Under the pieces are notes generated by a model that was not told the DNA's origin, did not search any database, and worked only from the letters and a program-made list of their open reading frames with translations. A stretch of 64,000 bases of DNA from Lingula anatina (Eukaryota > Animalia > Brachiopoda), in the NCBI GenBank assembly GCA_051362555.1, contig CM120641.1, forward strand, positions 34,602,401 to 34,666,400. The letters are read 5' to 3'. Positions within the stretch are counted from its first letter, which is position 1. The number at the start of each line of letters is the position of its first letter. A program made the position numbers and the translations under genes. Of this stretch, positions 36,556-48,300 are shown one piece after another.

Positions 36556-38075
36556 ACAGAAGAGATTAACGGTGATGTTTGTTACAGTCTGTTATATTCA
36601 TCGATCCCATTCTGATCTAAAATATTGTACAAGATTTAGAATAAGGTACTAACTTCCGTTAGTATAGCTACATGTATCTGTATCAGCAGACAGATGAGCG
36701 GCAGGTGATGTAAATAAAAACAGACAGTTTGTATAAGTTACTACTCTAACCATGAAACATATTGTAAGTAAAGTGAACTTTTTTTTTTTTATAAATCCCA
36801 TTGTCAGATGTGGAAAGCTAATTTTTTATATTTTATGTAAATATTTGTATTAGAGACAGGCGTGAGTCAGTGGAAGGCGTTACTTCTCATTAAAATGTTA
36901 AATGATTCGTCACCATAAAAATTTAATCACGCAGTCCCCATTTCTTTTCAGTTATCATTACAGATCAATAAATATACTTGATACAATTGTCCTCGCTTAT
37001 CACTGAATTAATTCGAAGGGGGGAGGGAAGTCATGGTCAAGAGCCAGTTAAAAAATACATACCACGTACACCTATAGGCCTACACCGTATGTACTGCTTT
37101 CTTGACTTGCAATGGCCAATGCATCCCATTGTAATTTTTCAACATTTACAACAGAAGTAGCAGGATGAACTTGGTGGTTAAAATAAATTAATGTTCATCT
37201 TAAACTAGGACCCACCAAACAAGTTTTTGGTGGGTTCTTGTCTCAAACGACACGGAAATGAATGGAGCTTTATTTCCTTGGGCCGCGTGTTGTGCGTGAC
37301 TAAAATGTGTTAGAGAAGATCACTTGTTTGAAGTCGCAATCTGGGTGATTGTGACCGTTTTCAATGAAAAGATTACGGTGCAGTGACAAAAAATCCTTAT
37401 GATCGAAAATAACATTGATTTTAAAAGAGGATAAACTTGCATTTATTAATTATTTTCTAACGAACCATATCTCTGCTGATGCCAGAAACTGCAAAATTGT
37501 TTTAACGAAGAAAATGAATACATCTCAAATAACAGTGTTATTAACAGTGTCTATGAGAAATGCGATACTTTCCATTTAACACTTAGCGGACTATTTAATT
37601 TCAATAGGTATTGCTAAATATGTAACTGCGTAGATAGCTACATCAAGGGTAGATTTCACAGTCTAGTCTTAGTCTGCTTTTAGTCAGGTTTAAAGAGGAA
37701 ACTCCTGATCTCTAGAGTCATATGTTCTCATAGTTTACGTATTGTACATAGACAGTTTCACTTTATGTCCCCTCCGTCCCTACAATTTTCTGGATTTTTT
37801 TTCTGATGGACAAATTCCAAGTGGATGCATTAAAATAAACTGTAGCGAAGACATTACGTTTGTGCTGGAATTTGGCCCGGGTAGGACCGCTCTTTATTTG
37901 AATAAAACCCTGTGAATTTATCTAAAATGACACTTAACTACAAATAACAGTACACATATTCCAACATATGAACAAATGAGATGAGCAAGAATTAAGTTGT
38001 GTTATGCACAAGTAAGCTGAATAATGAGACAGCGTCTAATGTAGGTCAATAAATATTTATCCCCCAGGTAAGTTA

Positions 38076-38242
38076 CAGGGGCGGATTGAGGTCGTCTTCT
38101 GGGTCTTCTGGAAGACGGTCAGATTTCCATGTTGACATTGACGGGTATCTATTTTTTCTGTCGGAAGACGCCTAGAAATGGAGGATGGATCAACAAAGGT
38201 AATTTGGAAGACTATCAGAGAATATCTCTGGATCCGCCCTTG
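38076..38242. mobile_element. ~167-bp MITE-like element
   Basis: caggggcggat ... atccgcccttg (11-bp TIR, 1 mismatch); no clear TSD. Confidence 0.6.
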
Positions 38243-38800
38243 TGTAACATAAGGTGGAACAAAGACTTCCTCCACCTAAAAACATCTTAATGGAGCAAAA
38301 AGATGTAGGAAGGGAAAAACAACGGCTACCAAGTCACATAATTACTAAAGAAGGATAATGGATGCAACAGAGATGAGTTAAGGTATAACAACTTTTTTCC
38401 CATATCATTCAAAAGGTAAAATTACGAAAATATGTGAACAGCAAAAAGGCTACTGCTGCAGCAAAAAGCTGGCACAAATTAAAAATAATGGCATGAAGTG
38501 CAAAAATTAATACAAGAGAAAAACACAATGACCTAAGCAGGTGATGGTTATTGGGGCAACTGAACATATCTAAGATTGCGATTTAACTACTCACGATTAC
38601 GTACTGAAATTAATATCCGCGTATGAGAAAAACGTCATCGCATAGGCTGCTCCAAGCTTTTATTTCTGATACCCCTTCCCACCGACTTCATCTTGTCAGA
38701 CAAAGGAATTGGCTGATTTGCTTTTCTTTACTCCTCTCTAACATTATATAGAATTTAGCCCTGTACAGATAGAGCGATGTCAACAACTACTCCGTGTATA

Positions 38801-38885
38801 CCGCCATCTAGCGGTCAAGGGCAAACTAAGTCGCCTTCCTGGAACACCGTGCGTATTTCGTACGCTCTGACCACAGGGGTCGCTA
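38801..38885. promoter_or_regulatory. pair of divergent CTCF-like motifs
   Basis: Minus TGACCGCTAGATGGCGG (38801-38817) and plus TGACCACAGGGGTCGCTA (38868-38885), in a CpG-rich patch. Confidence 0.55.
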
Positions 38886-39714
38886 GTAGTCTGTCACAAA
38901 ATTTTTGAATCGACTCTTCAACTTTGTATATACTGGAGACCCTTTGTTTCAAAGGGTGCGTTTTTCATGTGTTTTGATTATCGCAGGGTGGGAAATTGTG
39001 GTCAAATTGATCCAATATCTCTTGCTGGTGAAACAACGTACGGCGGCTAAACCTGCGGCGAAAATAATGGAGTAATGGACAGGTAATAAGTCTTTATAAG
39101 TACCCTTGTACTAGTAAGTCGATATGTGAGTTTCTTCATCGACATGATTTTCAGAATATAGAGATGATAATATATGCTGTTTTACATTCGCTTATTAAGG
39201 TACAAAAATATAAATACACCAGGTTTTGTTAATTATAACCATAAATAACCATGAGATGTTCGAAGAATGCAGAATAAAAACATCAAAATCCGTGATTACG
39301 TACGGAGCCCACTGTAGATAGACATTATAGCTATCATCGTGAGGACAAATTCATTCAAAAAACGACTTAGATAATGCGTTTGAATAGTATGGTTTATAAT
39401 GAATGAAACAATTATCTATATCTATTATATATAATATGTGAAATGCTCATTTAAGTCAATTTAACTTTGGTCTTGTTAAGGAATTCTATTGAACTATATT
39501 GATCTGAGGTTGTATGTTATTTTGTAATTTTATGATGCAAACTTTTAACCATTTATCTTTATTTTATAAATCAATTGGTTTCAACAGCATTCAATCGTAA
39601 TATAACGGTAAGGGGAGCTTTTCCAAAGACACCCACACCCCCAACCATAGTGCCTAAATGGTTACCGCTATAGGCATCTTTCTTTGTTGAAATGTTAGTA
39701 TGTATATAAAATCA

Positions 39715-40410
39715 TAAAGTTGAAGTGTTTATGACAGTTAAATGTTATACTACAACATAAAAAAGGTATCATTTACAGTCAGGGTCAAATTGTAATTTTA
39801 AGAAGTTGTAGCATAGAAATTTGAGTAATAACAGATTTTCTCGAGATTAAATGAGGTTTTAATGTTTTTTTCTCATATTACTTCATTGATGATCACAAAG
39901 TCAATAAGGAAATAATAAAATGCCAAGTTGAGCATCTATCATTACTTACGTTGAAAATATTACTATATATATTTAAACTGTCAAATGTAAATGTTTGCTG
40001 ATCTATTTGCTGCAATATATTGGTTGAGCCCTATTCCCCTCATTTGATAATGATTTAAGAAGTTTCCCTGTCAGTGTAGCGTATGGGTAATTTTGTTTTC
40101 AGTTGCTTCATCAACATTAATAGCAGATTTTCTCAAGGTCAGATGGGGATTTATTTATTTTTTTCGTATTACTTAAGTGATGAATCATAAAATTAATATA
40201 GAAAAAAAAAATAAAAAGCCAAGATAAATATCTATCATAACCTAAGTTGAAAATGTTTTAATATTTATCAAATGTAAATGTTTGGTAATTTGTTAGCTGC
40301 AATCTATTTTTAAGCCCTATTTCCCACATGTGATAATGATTTAAGTGTAATTTTCCTGAAAGTTAGATTACTTACGGATAATTTTGATTTCAATTGCTTC
40401 GTCAACAGTA
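39715..40410. repeat. diverged AT-rich repeat: two tandem ~290-bp units plus a leader
   Basis: The blocks cagattttct, tattactt, gccaag, gttgaaaat, gctgcaat, ccctatt, tgataatgatttaag and ttgcttc.tcaaca recur with ~290-bp period. Confidence 0.85.
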
Positions 40411-42753
40411 AGGGTATTTTTCCCAAAAAACAACCACAACCCCCGCCATTCCGACTAAGTGTATACTTCACCTTTCCTTTCTTTTATTTACTTTCAATTT
40501 ATTCTGTGTTGTAAAGTTTTGTTTCATTTTATCGATTGCTTAATCAACTTATTACCATTATTATTATTCATTAAATTCTATATAATTGTCTTTCGGGGTC
40601 AGTTTTTACAAAAGAGGTATACAAAAGGGTATAGGAAAACTTGTCTATATTCTCAGACCAAAATTCGAGTGTACACTGACCTAAGGTAAATCAGCAGTTA
40701 TCTAATCAATAGAAGCATTGCGTTTGTTTTATAACAGAAGATATAATGAAGCTTATGTTTCAGATCAATACTTTATTTAAATGGACTACCATTGATTTAT
40801 TTTGAACTGTCATGGACCAAATTATTAATATAAAAGTTTACTCCCATTATCTGGTTATAGTACTATTATCTCAGTAGAACTAGCTAGTAGAGCTAAGAAA
40901 GTAATGCACATTGACTAGGTATTAAGAATGATTTAAGCCATGATATGGGTCATGTATACCTAAGAACACGCCCTTCATACTTACCTGTTACACACAAATG
41001 AGCAAATGCATACAAGGGCCAAATATGCTATTGTGACCTTTAGCTGCCGCAAAAATTGACGGCATTTATGGCTTGAATGCCTCACAAACACTACAAAAGC
41101 GCAACATGCCTGAAGTGGGCAGCCAACACGTATTGCTCATCTGCTCAAGACGTATAAATTGACCATGAATAATTAACATGGCAACGAACACATCTGTGGG
41201 AGCCATGCGTGTTATCGCCATTATAGATGCCATTTTGTTGGTTTCTCCTGAATGGCACAGTTTTTCGAAGAACGGCTTACCTGTACACGTCATTGGCTGT
41301 CTCTATAGGGACCTCGACGCTTATCGAGGTTATACGAGGTTACAGGTGCGTGTGACACGGTTCTTGCCAGGTAAACCACGTCAGAGGCAACTCCGAGCTC
41401 TGGAAATTGCCAGCAATGCACTGCTGTGCAAGGCCAGGTGGGTAGAAACCGCCGGGCATTTGCATAGAAACAATGGGAGTCGCGAGAGTAATTAGGGCGC
41501 GTTAATTAAGGTACGCGGTCTTAATTATTCAGGTTAGTCATCGACCCGCTTGATATTCGCTGGTCTATGCTTTTATGCTATATTGCATATATTGCATATA
41601 TATATGCCGGATTTGTTTTCCTAATAGCCGATGGAAACAAAGAAGTTAATTTTTCACAATTAATCGCAAGTGTGAGGGCTGCCTAATAGGTCTTCTTGTA
41701 GGGTAAATATAACGTAACATATACCTGAGCGTATTTTTTCTGGTCATCAAAACAACCACGGCATGAATGGAATGTTTTAATCAGGTCAGAAAAAATCAAA
41801 AATTTAAGCTGTGAACTTATCAACGGTGTTGCCTTGTCATTTATAAATTCTTCTTTTGGGAGTTTGGTAATCTACAGGTGCGGAATTAAATTGGATGTTT
41901 AATTTCACGCCCATTTTTATATAAAACTAATTGTTAAACTCCAGTGCATAAAAGAATTTAAGAAGTGACTACCCTTTGCAAGTATGGGCTTTGATAGAAT
42001 TTTTTTCTTCTTTAAAGCAAATTAGTTATTGTCTGCTTTGCGCGTTAATACGTTTAATGTGTCACTATTTAATGTCGCATTCACAATCAAAACTATTCAA
42101 AATATTTCAGCTCTGTCCGACGGACCTTGGTAAGGATCAGGAACATTTTCCGACTACTTTTAAACATCGTTTCTCAAACGGTCAACATTGGAGAAATGCC
42201 AGTTAAAAACTAAACCATTTAAATCTCTATGTTATCGCATTTTTGAACAATGCGATTCTTCTCAGTTTATGTATCTGGTACTTTTTAAAATTGTATGTGG
42301 CCTTTGCTCCAGGTGGGGTAAAAGGCCTAAAGAAGTAAGTGCTTTTTAGATCATTAATGACAGTTGACAATGATAAACTTAAAGATGAGGTTTTATCATT
42401 TTTGGGGTCCTTTCGAACGTCTAAAATTCGAAGAATAGAAGCTTAGAGAGACTTAAATCCAAATTTTGTGCATATGTACATTTACCCTAAAAGATCACTG
42501 TTATATTTTTTCTCTGAAAGAAAGAAGTCGTGTCTAACGGAATTTTTTTTATAGATAGCTGTATAGACATATGCTTACTTTCATATAGAAATGCATGAAA
42601 ATAATTATAAAGAAAGAAATAATCAGAACAAAAAATATATGCTAAGAAAGAAAAAAGCTTTTAGCGTGCAATTATGAAACCAAAATTTAAAAAATTTTAA
42701 AATAATCTACCGCATTGGTTATTAAAAAAGTTCTTTAGTTTGGTAGTCATACA

Positions 42754-42989
42754 TGGATTGTTGAATCAATCATTCCACAGACAGCTTTTATCTAAATGTT
42801 TTCATACTGTCTAATTTCGGCTCTACTCAATAGCCTTCCTCAGGACAAACTGGTCATGCGCTGACGTTCTAACGCTGAGTTGTAATCATGAGTTTGTCCT
42901 TAAGAAGGCTCTTGAGCACAGCCGAAAATTAGACGGTATGAAAATATTTAGATAAAAATTGTCTGTGGAATAATTAATTCAACAATCCA
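42754..42989. mobile_element. foldback (inverted) element with ~95-bp arms, each holding a minimal hammerhead ribozyme motif; Penelope-like terminal repeat remnant
   Basis: Arm tggattgttgaat...caggacaaac and its reverse complement, with about 10 differences. Minus arm: TTGTC-CTGAGGA-A-GGCT..AGCC-GAAA-TTA-GACAG. Plus arm: TTGTC-CTTAAGA-A-GGCT..AGCC-GAAA-ATTA-GACGG. Confidence 0.8.
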
Positions 42990-43714
42990 AGTCTAACCCC
43001 ATATCAGTAATTGCATGGGTAAATGAGATCGTCCTATGATGACACTTATCATAACTCCTTCACGTGGTCCCATTCTGATAACATTTCATGTGACTCCCTC
43101 TCTCCACATTATTCCAGTTATTGACCAAGGCAGAAATAGTCTATATCTTTTAAATTTCTTTTCTTTAAAAATTATATTTTATAGTTAAAAGTAATGTTGG
43201 ACACTTTTTTAGTCAAGAATATCAGTATTCAGGTCAGCATTTAAATCACTAAATGGTTAATAGGCACAATAAATTCATGAGTATAATAAATAATCATTAT
43301 TAACAAAATTCTAAATATGCAAAAAAATATTTATATTTTTTATTAATTCATTTTCATAAACAAACTGAATTAATTTAACTGTTTCGTGTGAATGTTTTTT
43401 TTTCAATCTTACATCTTTGACATTCTGTCACGCGATTTCCCCCGAAAAAATGTTTCAGATATGCAGACTAGTTTGATGTCATTTAATATTTTTTCGTGAA
43501 AAAACTTACGATATAAGTCCATTTGGATAATTTCTTCATTCATGATTTTAGCGCTACATCAATTCTGACCCCTTAGTCTTAAAGCGAATTAAAGAAAAGA
43601 TTTCTATCTGATACATTTATTTTCCAAATGAGACGAGCATATGATGTTTTGTGAATTCAGTTTTTTTCTAAAGGCATTTAGCTTTATTGAGATTTTAGAA
43701 TCAGTGTAACATTG

Positions 43715-44110
43715 TAAAGTTCAAGTTTTTATGACAGTTAGATGATGTTTTTAACTTACTACAATAAATAAATGGTGTCATTGGGTCAGGGTCAGATTGT
43801 ACTTTTAAAAAACATTAGCCTAGATATTTATGTATCAACAGATTTTCTTGAGATCAGACGAGGATTTAATGATATTTTTTCGTATTACTTAAGTGATGAA
43901 TCATAAAATTTATATGGAAATAGTAAAATGCCAAGATGAATATCTTCCATAACCTTCGTTGAAAATATTAGTATATAACTGTTAAATGAAAATTTTTACT
44001 TATCTATTCGCTGCAATCCATTGTTTAATCCCTATTTCTCACATTTGATAATGATTTAAGTGTAATTTCCCTGTCAGCGAGATTACTTGCGGGCAATTGT
44101 GATTTCACTT
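43715..44110. repeat. third copy of the AT-rich repeat (leader plus one ~290-bp unit)
   Basis: Aligns by eye to 39715-40118 and 40119-40410; tttttcgtattacttaagtgatgaatcataaaatt is identical to unit 2. Confidence 0.85.
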
Positions 44111-45143
44111 TTCTCATAATTACATTCGGTTCTACCAGTGGATGCGAAGTTTGCTACCCTTGCGCATGACATTAATGATACTAAAACAGCATACTTCGTA
44201 ATACGGTAAAGCAACCTAATATTACCTTCAACAAAGAAATCATTTAAATTGTTATGCAAAAACTATCCACGCATGCGGGAAATTGCACTCAGACTGCCTC
44301 AGTAGCAGACTGCACAAAAGAATGATGCCATTCATTTAAAAGAAGGGACAAAAACAACGCTAAAAACATAACGCACGGAGTCCCCTTCGGCGGATATATG
44401 GCCTGTCTAACAGAGGTGAATTATCTAAGGTTATGGTCACGCGTCCTAAACTGGTATGTTAATATCCTGGCGATGTTACATAAACTAGAATATTTTTTAC
44501 TTTTGCACAACATCACTATGTGGTTTAGTATACACCATTACTTTCCCGTTACCATCTTTAAGCTTTTTTGTCTACTTTTCATTTACTTGTTCAAACAATT
44601 GCTCAAATTTTCATGAACTTTAAAGGAACAACGTAATAGTGAGAGACTTACAAAGTAGACATTTAAATCTCTTCTTGAAAAAGCCAACAGAATACATATA
44701 TACTTTTTCTATGCTATGACAAGAGGTTTCAATTTTATGATGATTTTTCTACGGAAACCGACACGGCAGTTAAATTTACCTTATGTAACGCAAATTAAAT
44801 CAGTTCAGGACGCATGACCTTATACTTTATGTAATAAGAAGGTTTTAAAATTAGAGTCTCTAAAAGACAGCAACTACTTCAGGCCATTTGTGATATTAAC
44901 AACATGCTATTGAAGCAATAACGTATCAAGTTATTAATGTTAAAGAGCACTGTTTCTGGTATTTTGCTTAATATGCTCAACGTGCATGAGGTGTGTATAC
45001 TCATCGTGAATGTATCATCAAACAGTGGATCCCCGGTGGTTTAGTAAATTAAATGACCGATTTTGTCACGTTTTAAATAATTTCCCTTGATGAAAATACA
45101 GGGTATAGAAAAAATTAATGGAATTTATAGGTTATGCTTAATC

Positions 45144-45394
45144 CAATGGCGAGCCTAGGGGCAGGCACGTGACTTCCGTAGCTGCTGAAATGCCATCTTC
45201 TTCCCCTTTCTCTCTCTCTCTCTCTGAAAAAAGGTATAATAAACAAAATGAGACAAAACCAAGCAAAATTTCCATCCGCTAGTCCTTCTTATTGGCCTAA
45301 GATTACCCTCGTCTACTTTTCAAACTTGTCGAGTGAAACAAGGAAAAATAAGAATAAAAACCCTCCCCTCAGCAAAATTCTGGTTTCGTCATTT
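45144..45394. mobile_element. degenerate MITE-like element
   Basis: caatggcgagcctag ... ctggtttcgtcattt, an imperfect TIR with a C-rich subterminal tract. Confidence 0.35.
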
Positions 45395-48300
45395 TAACAC
45401 AATTTTCCTCGATTGTCACTCAAATAGTTAATATAAAACAGTTATCTGGTGTAAGCACAAAAAGGTAACATCTAAATAAAAGCTTAAAGATAATTACCTC
45501 TATTTAATGGTGCAAAACTTAATTTGTTCGCAACTTCTATAACAATAGCCAATGTCAACTTAACCTTTAACAATTTATTATATAAAACGCACATTGCTAT
45601 CCATTTTTGATTTCGTTCGATCGGGACAAAATAATTTTTATTTCATTTCGTTTTATCTTGAATTTCAATGTCGTCTCTACAATACACGAAGGCATATGAA
45701 CTTTTAGTCATGCCACGCTTACAAATGACTAATCTTGCCTGAATTTATAATAGAAGAGAGAAGAAAGGGGGAAACACCACTTTGGCCTAGTTGGGTCCTT
45801 TTAAAGCCAACTTTTCGAATTCGTTCTGCATTTTTAAATTAAAAGTTGATAATTTTAATTGCTTTTTGGATAAGACTGATCATGCTTTTAATGTATACTA
45901 ATTTAAAAAAGGTAATTAGTGATTATTTAAAATATTATGCTTTTTTTTCTTCGAAACAAGTAAGTATGACAACTTTTTGTGATATGCGTTTCTCGGTGCC
46001 GAGTTTAAAGGTCAACAAATGAGTTGCATATGTAATAATTCATATCTACATACATGTAACCCTGTAGACTCACATACGGAAGCTTAAGCAAGGTGCGATG
46101 TTTTTCCTACAAACTGGAGTAAGTTGCTGTTTTCTGATTGATATCTACAGTAAATTAGGCTTGTACTTTTGTGATTTCTGTATTAAGTATGCAGTATTTG
46201 GTGTCCACACATTTGTTCACTTTATTTAGATACTGGTATTTTTATTGTTCTTTTTTATTATCGTTTATCGATTTTTTTTGGTAAAAATAAGTAGGACAAT
46301 GAAACATGCTGAATCTAGGCTTGGTCTAGAATTGGTTTGACTATATCTTTTTCTTTCCTTGCGGGGAAGATAAAGATTGATTTAAATGCGCCAGGTTATC
46401 ACAATGTAATATTATGAATGTCTACTTGAAACATGGTTGTGGCAAGCGCAGGGAAGTGTACACAGAAGGTAGGCGGCCTCTCTGCTAAACAAGATGCCTT
46501 TTGGGCAATGTGAAGTGTCCATTTTAGAAAAGGGACACGTATATATTTGAGGGAGATAGTGTATCACCGCCATTAAAGTGAAATCTACTGTTGAAATATT
46601 TCTATGATTCATGGTTGGCGTCTTAACGCTGCCAGAAGGGGGATAGAAAACCTACTGGCCCGTTAAGTCCCAACCGCGGTCATACAACCTACACCTGGCT
46701 ACGTGTATAGCAATGGAAACCCGCTTTCATCTGGTATTGACAGTATATTGTATAATAACAACAACAAAAGGATTTTACAAGGTAGAATCTGTACATCTGT
46801 GTTATTTTAGGAACACATACTTGTCTATAGGAAGGTTTTATCGATCGCAAGAATTTTGGTGTCAAGCGGATTCATTTAAGGGGTTTCCCCCGCCTACGTG
46901 CAATCTATTCTTAATCGTTCTCGGAAGGGATGCCAATAAGGGACTTCCCCCTTCTCCTGGATAGCTGGCTTCACGAGTAATGCCAGCCTTATTTACGAGT
47001 AAAATGACATTCTGCAATCGAATGAGGCCGTTCATAATCATTCAAGTGTTGCTTAATCTGTTCATGTTTCATGATTATTTCTTGCAGCTGATATAAAAAA
47101 GATATTTGATTGAGCATATAGAGTTAAATTTTCTGCCATTTGTTGTGGAAATTGTTTAAGCATTTATACAGCTGATGTTTTGCTTTGAAGTTGATATTCT
47201 ACGAATCCACACCTAACTGTCTAATCCTGGCAACGTCTAGGACTTCTCTCGAGATTTCTACAGGGCACCGTGACCACAAAGAAGCCAGCACACTGAGCGT
47301 TTGCGCAGGGCGTGGGCGTGGAATGAAACACCAAGATTGTTAACACAACACCAAAAACAGCTAATACACAGATAAATACACCGGTTTCGATACCAGCAGG
47401 CAAAGAATAATTTCCTAGAACCACTGTGACTGGTGTGAATTCTTCAAGTTCATTACGAAAGTGAGATTCAGACAGAAGCAACCGGAATTCAACGCTTTCT
47501 TATCTAGCCTATACAGCGGCGGGAATTTTATCATTGACAATGAAGCAGGAAAAGGAGTGCCACATAAATGCTGATGAATACATTCTTGCTTTCTGAGCTC
47601 AGATGCCGAAAACACATTGGCTAACTAGTACATGTATAGCCGATTCGACAACAGTACGGGCTACACGTCCTCTCTCATCAGGGAGTTTGCTCGCCATGCT
47701 TATGGCTCTGAATCTATAAACTGGCCTGCAAAATCCCTTCTGACGTGGGGACATTGAGCAAACCCGTGATGGAGTGCTTTGGTTGCCTCAAAAACAGGGA
47801 TTGCGCTTAATAGGAACGTGAAAATTGAGATCACAGCGTATAGGGAAAATGGAGCCACAGGGAACAGGAACAGTGCAGATTTCAACGGGAGCAGGCACCT
47901 TCTGTAAGGTTAAAATGTTCACTCAATGAATGTGTGCGCTTCTTTGAAGGGATATACACCTTTTTATTATAACGATTCCTTCTTTTCAATGTCGAAACTA
48001 TAAGGCAATGCATGTTGCTTCTTAGCGTAGATCCCACGTGCCTACGCACGTGCGGGCGCGTGTGTGTGTGCATGTAGCAAGCTAAACAGATCGATAAATT
48101 AAGTGATTAGAGTCCGACGCCGCCATTATCTGTCCTCCCCTGCACTACCAAAAGGTTTATTAATTCATCAGAATCCTCATATTTTCATACATTTATTTAT
48201 TCGTTTTTTTTTTCATTACAATACTGTTGCTGTTACGCTTGGTTGGTACATGTTCAATTCTTTGTTGCATGCTTTGGATTGCTGTGGCGAATTGTGGGGA

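Noticed and set aside
37349-37385. miR-2001-like TTGTGACCGTT
   Set aside because: The hairpin is too short and the loop falls within the would-be mature sequence.
40977-40987. U1 snRNA 5' end ATACTTACCTG
   Set aside because: The following sequence is not U1; it is better read as a minus-strand consensus splice donor.
41507-41526. miR-124-like sequence TAAGGTACGCGGT
   Set aside because: Seed mismatch, different 3' half, and the 5' end falls in the hairpin loop; no miR-124 star arm.
46058-46080. miR-10-like AACCCTGTAGA
   Set aside because: The match stops after about 10 nt and there is no precursor hairpin.
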